Shown here: positions 42,936 through 53,603 of the stretch, in pieces | Layout of the letters: each line of letters starts with the position of its first letter | Numbering within the stretch: position 1 is the first letter of the stretch | Assembly: GCA_963768425.1 (NCBI GenBank) | Contig: CAVYHV010000014.1 | Coordinates: forward strand, 32,001-96,000 | Direction: 5' to 3' | Origin: Candidatus Bathyarchaeota archaeon | GTDB taxonomy: Archaea; Thermoproteota; Bathyarchaeia; Bathyarchaeales; Bathycorpusculaceae | Length of the DNA stretch: 64,000 nucleotides | Made by a program: the position numbers and the translations under genes | Notes under the pieces: model-generated | What the model saw: the letters and a program-made list of their open reading frames with translations, nothing else | What the model was told of the DNA's origin: nothing | Databases searched by the model: none

Positions 42936-43433
42936 ATGCTTGTCGGCGCAATCTCAGATACTCACGACAATCTTCCTGCAGTTGAGAAAGCAGTAAAGTA
43001 CCTAAACGAGCAGAAAGTAAATTTGGTGCTTCATGCAGGCGACTACGTTGCGGGCTTCGTTATCCCGAAATTCAAGCAGCTAAACTGCAAACTCGTCGGC
43101 GTCTTCGGCAACAACGACGGCGACCACGAACTACTCAAAAAAAGATTCAGTGAAACTAGCAACTGCACAATACACGAACGATTTACCCAAATAGAGATCG
43201 AAGGTTACAGAATAGCTCTGCTTCACGGGCACGAAACCGAACTGTTAGATGCCGTAATTGACAGCGGGTACTTTGATGCCGTAATCCACGGGCACTCGCA
43301 CAATAGAAGCATCGAAAAAAAAGGGAAAACTCTAGCCATTAACCCGGGGGAAGTCTGCGGCTACCTTACTGGAAAATGTACTCTAGCCATTCTGGACACT
43401 GCTAAGAATGAAGCAAAAATAGTTGAGTTTTGA
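42936..43433 (+). CDS. YfcE/MJ0936-type metallophosphoesterase
   Basis: SDTHDN, HAGD, GNND, HG, GHSH, INPG. Confidence 0.93.
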   Translation: MLVGAISDTHDNLPAVEKAVKYLNEQKVNLVLHAGDYVAGFVIPKFKQLNCKLVGVFGNNDGDHELLKKRFSETSNCTIHERFTQIEIEGYRIALLHGHETELLDAVIDSGYFDAVIHGHSHNRSIEKKGKTLAINPGEVCGYLTGKCTLAILDTAKNEAKIVEF

Positions 43434-43448
43434 CTCGAAAACCCGCGG

Positions 43449-44381
43449 CTAGTTGCCTTTGTTGTAGGGTTCTCTCATCAAATTCGCTTGCGAAAAGAGT
43501 TGTTTTAGTTGTTCGTCGTTTGCGCCTTTCCGCATAGGTGTTAGGATGTCGGTCAGGTTATCGTTTCTCATCAGGCACGGCTTAAGCTTCCCGTCGCTTG
43601 TAACGCGTATACGGGTGCAATGCATACAAAAATCAGTGTTCTCGATAGGATGCACAATTTCAACCGTTACGTTTGGCAGATGGTAAATCAGGCGGTTATG
43701 CATGAAAGGTCGCCGTTCTACAGTCAAAGCTTGCACTTTTAGGAGCTGTTCTTGCTCCTCAAGGCTTCGGTGATGCGTCTGGTAGTAGTCGCCGCCGACG
43801 TTAATTGGGTCAAGCTCAATCAACTGAAGGACTACTTTGTTTTGCCGGGCGTACTCAATTAGGCTTGGAACATCGCCCACGTTAACGTCTTTGAGGATAA
43901 CCATGTTGAGTTTCACGGGGCAGAAACCCGCTTCAATTGCCGTTTTCACCCCTTCCAGAGCGTCTTGGAGTTTTCCGCCTGTTAAGCGGTGGTAAGTTTC
44001 AGCGTTCAATGACGGGAGACTTATGTTCACACGCTTTAGCCCCCGACTATAAAGGTCCTTTGCCATGCCGCTGAGGAGCAAACCGTTAGTTGTTAACGAT
44101 AAATCTTTCAAACCCTGTATTGCAGATATGCCTGAAATGATTTCGGGAAGGTCTTTACGCATAAGCGGCTCGCCGCCTGTCAACTTTATGCGTGCGATGC
44201 CAAGACTTACTGCGACCTTCGCGATGCGCACGATTTCGTGGGCAGTCATTTTCTCAGCTGAACGGTTAGCTCGTTGGACTTCTCCTTCCCGATGGCAGTA
44301 GGCACAACGGTTGTTGCACCGCTGGGTAATCGAGATGCGTAGGTTAAGGAGGGGTCTGCCGCAGTTGTCGGTTAAACTCAT
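43449..44381 (-). CDS. moaA: GTP 3',8-cyclase
   Basis: LRISITQRCNNRCAYC, KLTGGEP, FCMHCTRIRVTSDGKLKPCL. Confidence 0.95.
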   Translation of the reverse strand: MSLTDNCGRPLLNLRISITQRCNNRCAYCHREGEVQRANRSAEKMTAHEIVRIAKVAVSLGIARIKLTGGEPLMRKDLPEIISGISAIQGLKDLSLTTNGLLLSGMAKDLYSRGLKRVNISLPSLNAETYHRLTGGKLQDALEGVKTAIEAGFCPVKLNMVILKDVNVGDVPSLIEYARQNKVVLQLIELDPINVGGDYYQTHHRSLEEQEQLLKVQALTVERRPFMHNRLIYHLPNVTVEIVHPIENTDFCMHCTRIRVTSDGKLKPCLMRNDNLTDILTPMRKGANDEQLKQLFSQANLMREPYNKGN

Positions 44382-44384
44382 TCG

Positions 44385-44918
44385 TTATTCACGAGCGTGC
44401 TTAACGATGTGAGGCGACTCGGGCAAAATAAGCATTTCTGCCGCAACCCGCACAGCATCTGGGGAACCTGGAATACAAAACAGCGCCTTACCTTTTGCAA
44501 CGCCAGCGACTGCGCGGGACAGAACTGCTGCGGAACCTACCTTACCGAAGCTTATTGCCCTGAAAAACTCACCGAAACCGGGCAGAGTTTTCTCAAAAAA
44601 GGGCGAAACCGTTTCGATGGTCACGTCGGAGTGCGTAATACCGGTTCCGCCTGAAAAGATGACAACGTCTAAGCTAGGCATGTCTACAGCTTCTTTAACT
44701 GCGTCAGAAATCAACACTTTGTCGTCAGCGATTATCTGTTTGAAAAGCACGTTCTGCTGCGCCTTCTTGAGTATTTCGACAAGAGTGTCGCCGCCGATGT
44801 CGCTGACGTCTTTTTCACCGTTCTGGATTTGCTGGTATCGTGAGGTACTGCAGATGTACACGCCGAAGTTTAGGATTTTTGGCGCTTTAGCCTTATGTGT
44901 CTTTGATGATTCGCTCAC
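44385..44918 (-). CDS. moaB: molybdopterin adenylyltransferase MoaB/MogA
   Basis: SGGTGITHSDVT, LPGFGEFFR, LSRAVAG, IPGSP; probable GTG start 44918. Confidence 0.92.
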   Translation of the reverse strand: MSESSKTHKAKAPKILNFGVYICSTSRYQQIQNGEKDVSDIGGDTLVEILKKAQQNVLFKQIIADDKVLISDAVKEAVDMPSLDVVIFSGGTGITHSDVTIETVSPFFEKTLPGFGEFFRAISFGKVGSAAVLSRAVAGVAKGKALFCIPGSPDAVRVAAEMLILPESPHIVKHARE

Positions 44919-44923
44919 GCCTT

Positions 44924-45364
44924 CTACACCTGCTGCTTGATTTTGCGCACTACATGAATGTTCTCGATCGCTGTTGATGGGTACTGTCCTACGCTGTCCT
45001 TTTCGTATTGCTTTGTCATGTCCCAAACCGTGAGTAACCCCATGGAAACTGCTGTAAGCGCCTCCATTTCCACGCCCGTTTGCGCCTTAGCTTTCACGGT
45101 CGCCGTAACCTCAACTGACCCTTCGCCTGAAACTTTTACTTCAACCTGTACATTAGTTAACGGCAGCGGATGACATAGTGGAATCAAATTGCTTGTTTTC
45201 TTGGCTGCCAGAACTCCCGCTATCTTCGCCGTGTAAAGCGGGTCGCCCTTAGCGATTTTTCCAGTCTTAATCAAACCAATCGTTTCGGGCTTCAGCTTTA
45301 TCGTTCCCGACGCCGTTGCTTCACGGAAGATTTCCGCCTTATCTGAAACATCAACCATAGCCAA
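44924..45364 (-). CDS. moaC: cyclic pyranopterin monophosphate synthase
   Basis: MVDVSDK, KGDP, LIPLCHPL, TGVEMEALT, WDMTK. Confidence 0.95.
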   Translation of the reverse strand: MAMVDVSDKAEIFREATASGTIKLKPETIGLIKTGKIAKGDPLYTAKIAGVLAAKKTSNLIPLCHPLPLTNVQVEVKVSGEGSVEVTATVKAKAQTGVEMEALTAVSMGLLTVWDMTKQYEKDSVGQYPSTAIENIHVVRKIKQQV

Positions 45365-45497
45365 AGTTACTTCACCAGTTAGCGTTTTGTTCTTGTGATA
45401 ATTCTGTTTTCCTTTCTTGTATGTCTTTTTGTTTTAGAGAAGTCAGAGTTCTGATTTAATCCTGTTTGCGGGCTAGAGCGGTGGACCAGTCGTTGGG

Positions 45498-45764
45498 CTA
45501 CTTGTTTTGTTCCCACGTTTCTATCAGGCTTTTGATTGCTTTCGCTTTTGGGGAAGCTTCGTTAAACCTGTACATACGAACCCGCCCGTACGTGAGTTCC
45601 TGCAGGATTCCTTCTGCCTCAAAAACTTTGAGGTTATCAGCCGTCGTGGCGAAGTTGCTGCCAAGTCGCCGTGCAATATCGGAAACGTTGAGCGAACCCA
45701 GTTCGTAGAGCAGTCTTAGGATTTTCACGCGAAGTCTCGACGATAAAACCTCTTCAATTTCCAT
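45498..45764 (-). CDS. winged-helix (ArsR-like) protein
   Basis: SRLRVKILRLL...LNVSDIARRLG...GRVRMYRF; directly downstream of cdc6. Confidence 0.8.
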   Translation of the reverse strand: MEIEEVLSSRLRVKILRLLYELGSLNVSDIARRLGSNFATTADNLKVFEAEGILQELTYGRVRMYRFNEASPKAKAIKSLIETWEQNK

Positions 45765-45771
45765 CGCTACG

Positions 45772-46962
45772 TCACGTTCTTCCTTTTTCTGCAGTTAAAG
45801 AGGCATTCAGCTCTTTCTCAAGTTCAACCGCGGGGATAGCAGGCAGAGAAACTTGTGTTGATCTTCCCCTTCCCGTTGTGGAGGCAACTTCAATTTTGAT
45901 AATTCCCATAGACGAGAAGTATTGGGCGTAGTTCCAGATTTGTGTGTGGCTGTTAGATTTCTGATCGAATTCTTCGCAGATAACCTCGTAAACTTTCTCA
46001 ACCTCGGTTAGTAATGCGTAAGCTTGACCGTTTTCTTTGAAGAACCGTGCCACTGCTAGCAGGAACAGTTTTTCATGCATTCCCAAAGAAGCTAAGTCGC
46101 TTCGTCGCATACTTGGGATGATGCTGGAGACTGCCATTCGAACACATTCTGCTTCAACCCCTTCAGCGTCGTTAGCATCCGCGTATTTGCCTGCACGCCA
46201 AAGCAATTCTATGCCGAACCGCGCGTTCCCCGTTTCCTTAAACGCCAACGCCGCAATCAAGGCGACCACATCTTCCTCCATTGCCCCGAGTTCAAACGCC
46301 ATGGTCACGCGTTCCCTTAATATGTCGACGAGTTGCTCTTTGCCGTAGCGTTCAAGGCGGACGACGCTTCGTTGAAGGGTGCTTTTTGAGCTTTCATCCA
46401 GCCGCTCGATCGCTTTTAGGTCACGCATTATGAAGATGAATGATAGCCGCTGCGGTTTGCCTTGCCGCATCTCCTGCAGCCGTGTGAGCTTGTAGACAGC
46501 GTCGGAGCCTTCATGCTCTATTAGGCTGTCAAACTCGTCCAGCGTCAGAACCACAGAAACCTGTTCTTCATCTAGGACTTGCAACAGCGTTGCGAGGACT
46601 TCTTGCTCTGAATATCCACGGGATGGGTAGGTGGGACGGAAAGCGGTCAGCGCTTGATGAATGATTTGGAGGAGGGTGCCTCTGAATTCCCGGCAGTTGA
46701 CATGGATATAACGGAACTTCACGGCTCGCCTGTTAGCTTCGGAAGTGATGTTTGCACCGAAATGCTGCGCAAGAACGGTTTTTCCAGTTCCCACATCGCC
46801 GGTTAATATGACCCGCTGAGCCATTCGCTCGGGAAAACGGGTAACAAAGCTAAAGAATTCCATTAGAAGACGAAGCTCAGTTTCCCTATGAGGAAGCTTC
46901 TGCGGAACGTAATTTATATCAAGCTTAGATTCATCCTTGAACACACTTCGACGAGACCACAA
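45772..46962 (-). CDS. cdc6: ORC1/Cdc6 replication initiation protein
   Basis: YVPQKLPHRE, Walker A GDVGTGKT, HVNC, LDEFD, GNARFGIELL, C-terminal wH GRGRST. Confidence 0.94.
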   Translation of the reverse strand: MWSRRSVFKDESKLDINYVPQKLPHRETELRLLMEFFSFVTRFPERMAQRVILTGDVGTGKTVLAQHFGANITSEANRRAVKFRYIHVNCREFRGTLLQIIHQALTAFRPTYPSRGYSEQEVLATLLQVLDEEQVSVVLTLDEFDSLIEHEGSDAVYKLTRLQEMRQGKPQRLSFIFIMRDLKAIERLDESSKSTLQRSVVRLERYGKEQLVDILRERVTMAFELGAMEEDVVALIAALAFKETGNARFGIELLWRAGKYADANDAEGVEAECVRMAVSSIIPSMRRSDLASLGMHEKLFLLAVARFFKENGQAYALLTEVEKVYEVICEEFDQKSNSHTQIWNYAQYFSSMGIIKIEVASTTGRGRSTQVSLPAIPAVELEKELNASLTAEKGRT

Positions 46963-47313
46963 ATCTAGTTCCTCAACCGTAAGATTCCCTGTTTCGATTC
47001 AATACTAACTGTTGCAGTAAAACCCTAATAAATCCATTTAGCAAGATCCTCGGCGCTTCGACCGACTGGAGAAAAGATTCTTACAAACTCTCCTATAGGT
47101 TCTACTTGATCCAAATAAGAGCACCAAGAGATGCCAAACACATTCAGAAATTCTCTTTTCTTTCAGGATTCCAGTTGAAGGAATCCACATCGGCGGCAAC
47201 CTAAAAACGATTTTGGAATAAAATAGAACTTTAGGTGAAGCCCGTAGCGCCCTTACAACAAAAAATTTATCCCTTAAACGCTGCTATGTAGCAGTTGGGG
47301 AGAGACGTCAAAG

Positions 47314-48138
47314 TTGACGATTGAGTCTAACCGAACCACGGGCGGAGTCGCCGCTTGTTTATTCGTGACAAGCGTAGTCAGCCAAGTTCTCTCCATTTTC
47401 CAAAACACGTTGTCAAGAACAAGTGGGGTTTCCATCGCACTTGTCGGCATCTCAGGCATCATCGGCGTTTTATCTTTTGTGGCGTTGATTCTTTTCTTTG
47501 TCGCTATGCACGGCTTCTCCAAAGACTACGGTGAACCCCGCATATTCGACTACCTCACCTACGGCTTAGTAGCAGCGATAATAATTGGCATCCTAAGCAT
47601 AGTAGTGGCCATAGCGATCGCCATTGCAAACGCGGCATCTGTGCTTCCGATCTTGACATCTTCAACAACTTCGCAAACCCAAATCAGCACCGTGGTTCAA
47701 AAATCTCTTTTACCTACGTTACCCATTTTCGCCGCTGTTTCGTTGGTTTGGATATTGTTCAATGTTCTCTCGATTAATTTGCTTGGAGATAAATCGAAAG
47801 TTGCCCTGTTTCGAACTGGTGCCAAGGTGCTGTTAGCTGGCGCTTTAGTTTCAGTCGCTGCGACAGCAATACTTGCAGCAATCGCCTATACCTTGTCCTT
47901 GTCCTACAGTACTATATTGCTGACCTTGTCGGTTCCAGGAGGGTTCATACAAGACGCGGCCTGGGTGCTTTTGGCAATGGCTTTCTTTAGAATCCAAACT
48001 CCACCAGCCTTCCCAACACATCCTGTGAACATGTCAGCAGCCCCGACCCTCTCAAGCCAAACAAAAATATGCCCCAAATGCGGCGTACCAACCCAAGCAG
48101 ACGCTCTTTTCTGCGAAAGATGCGGTCAAAAATTATAG
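47314..48138 (+). CDS. DUF996-like membrane protein with C-terminal Zn-ribbon
   Basis: Multiple TMs, LFRTGA, CPKCG...FCERCG. Confidence 0.75.
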   Translation: MTIESNRTTGGVAACLFVTSVVSQVLSIFQNTLSRTSGVSIALVGISGIIGVLSFVALILFFVAMHGFSKDYGEPRIFDYLTYGLVAAIIIGILSIVVAIAIAIANAASVLPILTSSTTSQTQISTVVQKSLLPTLPIFAAVSLVWILFNVLSINLLGDKSKVALFRTGAKVLLAGALVSVAATAILAAIAYTLSLSYSTILLTLSVPGGFIQDAAWVLLAMAFFRIQTPPAFPTHPVNMSAAPTLSSQTKICPKCGVPTQADALFCERCGQKL

Positions 48139-48220
48139 AAACTGACCAATCGTCTATTGTTGCACGAGGCGATAGGTAAAATTATATTTGGAAGCGTCGT
48201 CATTACAGTGCCCGACAAGT

Positions 48221-48295
48221 GGGTCCGTGGCGCAGTACGGATAGCGCGTCAGCCTTCTAAGCTGAAAGTCGTGGGTTCAAATCCCACCGGACCCG
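48221..48295 (+). tRNA. tRNA-Arg (anticodon TCT), intronless
   Basis: Acceptor GGGTCCG/CGGACCC, anticodon stem TCAGC/GCTGA with loop CTTCTAA, T-loop GGTTCAAATCC; BRE/TATA upstream. Confidence 0.96.
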
Positions 48296-48306
48296 CTTTG
48301 ATTTCG

Positions 48307-48498
48307 TTAAAGATTGTTTTTTGTGCCTTTTCTGTTCCCAAATCTGTTCCCCATTGTTCCCATGATAGTGTTTCCATTTACCAGATATTTGATAAAGATA
48401 CGTTTTCCATTTTGATATTCACAGTGAATTAATCTGATAGAACTGCCTCTTTGTTCAACTACCCCAACTTTACCGCAAAGAGAGCAAAGTGCTTTCAT
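48307..48498 (-). CDS. small CxxC-containing protein next to the tRNA 3' end
   Basis: MKALCSLCGKVGVVEQRG...; ATGA overlap with an upstream RHH-like remnant. Confidence 0.5.
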   Translation of the reverse strand: MKALCSLCGKVGVVEQRGSSIRLIHCEYQNGKRIFIKYLVNGNTIMGTMGNRFGNRKGTKNNL

Positions 48499-48640
48499 GC
48501 TTTCACCTGCTTGCCTTCTGCTATGTCTAACAGTCCAGAGATTGCATCATCTGATGTCTCTGACTTCTCAGCGAAATTCATTAGTCTGCTATGGACTTCG
48601 GAACCTACTTTTGGTATTTTGCCGAATTTTCTTTTTTTCC
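48495..48640 (-). pseudogene. RHH/antitoxin-like remnant lacking a start codon
   Basis: KIPKVGSEVHSRLMNFAEKSETSDDAISGLLDIAEGKQVKA*. Confidence 0.4.
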
Positions 48641-48700
48641 AGTGTGGTTTTAATAATGGTTGTTAGAATAGTGATATCTTCTGAAAAAGAGGAAACATGA

Positions 48701-49849
48701 ATGAAAAAAGAAGCCACATTAATTCTTCTAGTTCTTTTATGTTTCAGCTTATTTGTAATACCAGTGAAAGCTGCGCATATCACGTTGAACTGTACTTGGC
48801 TTGACGATTATGCAGACCAAACTTACAATGAGTTAGCCAATCCGCAAAGCGTAGTTAATCAACTTTCAGGCTCTAACATAAATTGTGTTATTGTTTTTGG
48901 CGGCGATTGGGCGTCAAGTGGAGCAATAAGCTACGATTCAGGCTCAGTTTATTGGTCTAACTTCATAAACATTTTACATAAAAACGGTTATTCAGTTTTT
49001 GTTTGGATAAGTATTTGGGATGATCCAACTACAGTCGACATCACTAACCACACAGTTATTCAAACAATGTACAATTCAGCAGTACAATGTTTAAGCACAT
49101 ACGGATTTGATGGATTTAACGATGATTTTGAAGGATGGAGAGGAAATACACAGGCTTTGATAAACTATGAACAAGGTTTAGCGACTGCCGTAAGAAATCA
49201 TGGAAAAATAGCTTCAGCTTGTCTTGAAGTAGATTGGGGTGGAGCAACGATTAGTCAGCTTTATCCCTATCTCACAAGCTTCAATTATCTGATGCCAATG
49301 TACTACCAAACTATTACATCAGATAACGGGAGTGTTTGGTCACAAATCTTATCATATGCTGGAGCACCGATAGTTATGGGTCTCGATTTTTCTTCTAACG
49401 ACTACACTCAAAACGGGATGTCTTATCCATCAGCTTCCCAGCAATTATCTACAGTTTCAAATTTCATGAGTGAAAACTCAACCTCTAAGCTTGCTGGGTT
49501 CTCTATTTGGTCATACGATGAAATGAGCAACACTGACTTATCATCATGGAACAATTGGGCAGTGAAAAATTTATCTGCAACTCCAAGTCCAACTCCATCA
49601 CCAAGTCCAAGCCCTATACCTAAAGCTACTTCTATTCCAACAACAGCGCCATCACCAACTCCAACACCATCACCTAATACAACTCCAAATAACGCACCAT
49701 TGCCATCTCAAAGTCCAATGATCGTGCCAGACCAAACCCAGTCAAGTTTACCTCAAGGGGCAATCTATGGAATAGTGGTTGTCGCAGCATTCGTGGTAAT
49801 TGTTGCAGCTACGCTGTTGCTAAAAAAGCAAGTTGCATTGAAGAAATAA
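48701..49849 (+). CDS. membrane-anchored GH18-like TIM-barrel protein
   Basis: Signal peptide, YGFDGFNDDFEG (DxxDxDxE-like), LMPMYY, GFSIWSY, Pro/Thr/Ser linker, C-terminal TM. Confidence 0.7.
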   Translation: MKKEATLILLVLLCFSLFVIPVKAAHITLNCTWLDDYADQTYNELANPQSVVNQLSGSNINCVIVFGGDWASSGAISYDSGSVYWSNFINILHKNGYSVFVWISIWDDPTTVDITNHTVIQTMYNSAVQCLSTYGFDGFNDDFEGWRGNTQALINYEQGLATAVRNHGKIASACLEVDWGGATISQLYPYLTSFNYLMPMYYQTITSDNGSVWSQILSYAGAPIVMGLDFSSNDYTQNGMSYPSASQQLSTVSNFMSENSTSKLAGFSIWSYDEMSNTDLSSWNNWAVKNLSATPSPTPSPSPSPIPKATSIPTTAPSPTPTPSPNTTPNNAPLPSQSPMIVPDQTQSSLPQGAIYGIVVVAAFVVIVAATLLLKKQVALKK

Positions 49850-50346
49850 AATTCTTACTCTCATTACTGATAGTATTTAGCCAAGTTTTCATAAAGCTAA
49901 GCCTTAAATCTGAAAAGGTAGCATTGCTCCATTTAACTCCGTAGTTTTTCAATTTACCTTTATACTCTTCAGAGCACCCAAGATATTTGCTCAAACAAAC
50001 CACAGCTTTAAACACATTACGGCTTTTGCTTGGAGTTATGGCAAGTATCTTAGATGGGTTCTCAATATAGTCCTAGTATCGCATTGAATATTGAAATTGC
50101 ATGCTATGCGTACGTTCTATAGTATTTCTGATAACAATATTCTCTGTATTGGTTTATGTCAAAGTATTTTCTATGTGTGCATTCTAGTCTGAAAGTTTGT
50201 CGTTTGATTTTGCATCAATTATTGAGGTTGACCGACTAGGTTTAGTTGTTAACTATGGGAACCTATGGCATAGAAATGTGGGAGAATAACGCCTCAAAAA
50301 ATGAGTGAATGAAAGTGGCGGCGCCCAACCATCTAAGCAGTTAGCG

Positions 50347-50781
50347 CTAATGGGAATTGGATGTGTTCAGTTTCACCGCAGCGCGGATGAGGGTCTTGAA
50401 TGCATCATCGTCAATGTTCTCGCCTTCATGGATGTCGATGGCGCGCCTGACGGTTCCAGGTTGGGTGAATAGGCGAGAGGGGTCTTCCAGCGAAGCACCC
50501 TTGAAGAATGTCATTTTCACATGGTCCTTGTAGGTCTCGCCCGTGCAGATGCCGCCGTTGTGGGACCAGACGGGCGTCCCAGGATTGGTTGGCTTTACCC
50601 ACTTCCACTCTTCAACTACCTCCGGATCCGCTTCCTTGATGAGCGTGCGCACTTTGGCTAACGTTTCTCCGCGCCAGTCGCCTAGCTCCTTGATTCTCGC
50701 GTCTATCAGTTGAGATGCAGATTCGACACTTTGGGAACCATTCTTTTTCATCTCTTTGCTGAGCGTCCTTTTGGTCATCAT
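50347..50781 (-). CDS. DUF1801 domain protein
   Basis: LGDWRGETLAKVRTLIKEADPEVVEEWKW...PVWSHNG...TFFKGASL. Confidence 0.88.
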   Translation of the reverse strand: MMTKRTLSKEMKKNGSQSVESASQLIDARIKELGDWRGETLAKVRTLIKEADPEVVEEWKWVKPTNPGTPVWSHNGGICTGETYKDHVKMTFFKGASLEDPSRLFTQPGTVRRAIDIHEGENIDDDAFKTLIRAAVKLNTSNSH

Positions 50782-50854
50782 ATCACATAAAATCTTTCTT
50801 TTTACTATTTTTAAGAGTAATACAGACCTTTAAGTTCAGTAACTCGAAAGACTC

Positions 50855-51277
50855 TTATGATTGTAGAATGTTCCAGACGTTGCCATCAGGATCATTGACG
50901 CTGAAGAATCTGCCTCCCCGCGGATAAGGCATGATCTCACTGTTTGGCTTAACGCCCTTTGCTTTAATTGCGTTGTACGCTGCTTCAACATCGGGTGTTG
51001 AAATAAAGAAATTTCTTCCTGTATCGAATTTGATTTGTTCCGAAATAAAGTCAAGAGCAAGGTAAGTGCCGCCGCCAGGAGGAACAACGAAGACAGAGCG
51101 GTTTCCCTTCCCCCACTTGGCGTCTCCATTTGCTTCAAAGCCTAAAACATCGGTATAGAATGCTTTAGTTTTATCCATGTCGCTTACTTGCAGATGAGTC
51201 AAAATTATTTTATCAACAATTTTCACAAAAATCGCCTTGTTATAACGTCTAGCATAACCTGGCATAAATCTTCGCAC
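50855..51277 (-). CDS. VOC/glyoxalase family protein
   Basis: VSDMDKTKAFYTDVLGF...DPDGN; real start probably near 51226. Confidence 0.88.
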   Translation of the reverse strand: MRRFMPGYARRYNKAIFVKIVDKIILTHLQVSDMDKTKAFYTDVLGFEANGDAKWGKGNRSVFVVPPGGGTYLALDFISEQIKFDTGRNFFISTPDVEAAYNAIKAKGVKPNSEIMPYPRGGRFFSVNDPDGNVWNILQS

Positions 51278-51386
51278 CTAATGGCCATCGTGTTTTTGGA
51301 CAACCATACATTAGCAAATAAGCAACCAATGCGGAAAACGAAAGTGACACACAAGTTGTGATGGAACAATTACTATAATAAATTAA

Positions 51387-52426
51387 TCATTTGCTTCTGC
51401 GTTCGCATTCCTCTTCAAGCCAAATGAAGTCATGTTTTACTTCTTCGATTACGCTTAGGGTGGCCGATTTGACTTCTGGTCTTTCCTTTACCATATGAAA
51501 GATCTTATCTCCCTCGCTAATATTTGAAGTCGCAAAAGTAATAAAAGAGCCATTGCTTGAATCTCCTGTTACGAACACCTGATTAGTTATCCATGAAAGC
51601 ACAAGACGATTCTACTTGGGCTTTCTTGCCATCTTAGACTTTGAATCATTAGGTCGTAGGCAACTCCTGACATTTTTCTTAAATCCATCATTGGCAGTAC
51701 GAAGATAGCTGAGGATTCCAACATCTTGTTTAGCCTTCTTTTCACCGTTTTTTCAGAAACCCCAACTACTGCAGCTACGTCTGTAATCTTTCTTTCTGCG
51801 TTTCTCAGTAATTGCCCACATATTTTCCAATCAGTCGCTGTCATCTGAAAATTTGGTTGGGGAACACTAATTTCTGAAACGATTGGAGATTTAACTTCTC
51901 CCATCTTAAGGATTTGATCAGAAGACCTTTTTTCACTGTCGTCAAACAAAGTTATTAGCAATTCATCACCGTAATAATTTATAACCTGAACAACTCCGTC
52001 TCTTGATTCAAGTTGGGATATTATTTCTTGTTTGGAACTTAAGCCCGCGGACTTCATGAGCAGAAATGAGGATTTTCGGTTTAGCACTATGGGGTTTGGT
52101 ATTGATCTCCAACCCAGTAGTAAGCCGTCTTCCTTTAAGCGCTTGACTCTATTCCTTACAGTTTCTTCGTCGACACAAAGTTTCTCGGCGATTTCAGTGT
52201 ATGTTTTCTTAACGTTCCAAAACCCTAGTGAACCCCTGAGTTCTTTTATTAAAGCAGAGTAAGCTTCGTTTCCTACCCACAAAAAAGACTCACGTTTGAG
52301 AAAGGTAGAAGCCACACTTTTAATAAACTTTCTATAACTTCGTTGACAAGCATATAGCTCGTCACGCAGCGAACTCATTACTTTCATAAATTGCTTTGAA
52401 AAATGCGAGTTGAAATAGGAGCGCAA
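51387..52426 (-). CDS. double-HTH Lrp/AsnC-like regulator (frameshift near 51620; start uncertain)
   Basis: EIAEKLCVDEETVRNRVKRL and DVAAVVGVSEKTVKRRLNKM HTHs; C-terminus in ORF 51387-51602. Confidence 0.75.
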
Positions 52427-52715
52427 AATCGAGAGACATTTTAAGCAATAGTTGGAAAAGAAAAATACGCATTCTAAAGTGGTCTCTTTGACAGATACCC
52501 GGTTCGTTTCTTATTCTCATCTTAACTCTTTAAATGAAAAACAGAGAAGAGTCTTGGTCACTATAATAAAGTGTTAGAACTCAACAAGTTTATTGAACGA
52601 TGGAAGTAAAAAACAATTGGAAGATTCTAGTTCAAAATGCAAGTAAGAAATGATAGCCAACCAAAGTTTATAAAGAAAAACATTCAATTGAAGTAGCGTA
52701 GAAAGTTGGAAATTA

Positions 52716-53603
52716 ATGAATTACACTATTCAAAGAATGTTGAAGAGAGCGCGTGTTCCACAATTCCTGTTAAGTGCTGTAAAAAAAATGACAGGCAATC
52801 AACCAATCTTGTTGGATTTTCCTGTTAACCCAACACCTCGATATGGATATGGGAAACCTCCTCATCCTAAACTCTATGAAATAATTAACAGGAATAGGAA
52901 TGCATACAAAAATACCTTGGGAAATTTCTTGAGGTTTGAAGAGAATTTTCTCAATATTCCATTGAAAAATGAGAATAACACAAAAGACCCGTCTTGGGTC
53001 AACGAATTTTTTACAGGATTGGACGCAGTAACACTTTATTCACTTCTTTGTTTAAATAATCCTAAAAGACTTATAGAAATTGGCTCAGGTTACTCAACAC
53101 AATTCGCAAGGAGAGCTATAATTGACCATAGTTTACAAACGAAAATAACCTCTATTGACCCACATCCTCGGGCTGGTATTGATTTAATTTGTGATAATAT
53201 AATTCGTCAACCTCTCGAGGATATGGATTTAAGTCTATTTGACGAATTAGAAGCCGGCGATTTTCTTTTTGTTGATGGCTCGCACCGTTGTTTTACAAAT
53301 TCCGATGTCACTGTTGTTTTCTTGGAAGTTTTACCACGGCTAAGAAATGGTGTTTTTGTAGAATTTCACGATATTTTTCTGCCTTATGATTATATTCCAG
53401 AATGGAGGGAACGATACTATTCTGAACAATATTTACTCGCGGTTCATATCTTATCAGAAAATAACAAATTCAATATTATCTTTCCTGGCTTATTCATTAG
53501 CGAGGATACGGAGCTGAATAAAATATTGAATCCTCTTTGGAATGAACCAAGGATGCAGGGAGTTGAAAGAATTGGAGGTTCTTTTTGGATACAGGTAAGA
53601 TAA
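52716..53603 (+). CDS. class I SAM-dependent methyltransferase (Methyltransf_24-like)
   Basis: IEIGSGYST, IDPHPR, LFVDGSH, FHDIFLP. Confidence 0.88.
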   Translation: MNYTIQRMLKRARVPQFLLSAVKKMTGNQPILLDFPVNPTPRYGYGKPPHPKLYEIINRNRNAYKNTLGNFLRFEENFLNIPLKNENNTKDPSWVNEFFTGLDAVTLYSLLCLNNPKRLIEIGSGYSTQFARRAIIDHSLQTKITSIDPHPRAGIDLICDNIIRQPLEDMDLSLFDELEAGDFLFVDGSHRCFTNSDVTVVFLEVLPRLRNGVFVEFHDIFLPYDYIPEWRERYYSEQYLLAVHILSENNKFNIIFPGLFISEDTELNKILNPLWNEPRMQGVERIGGSFWIQVR

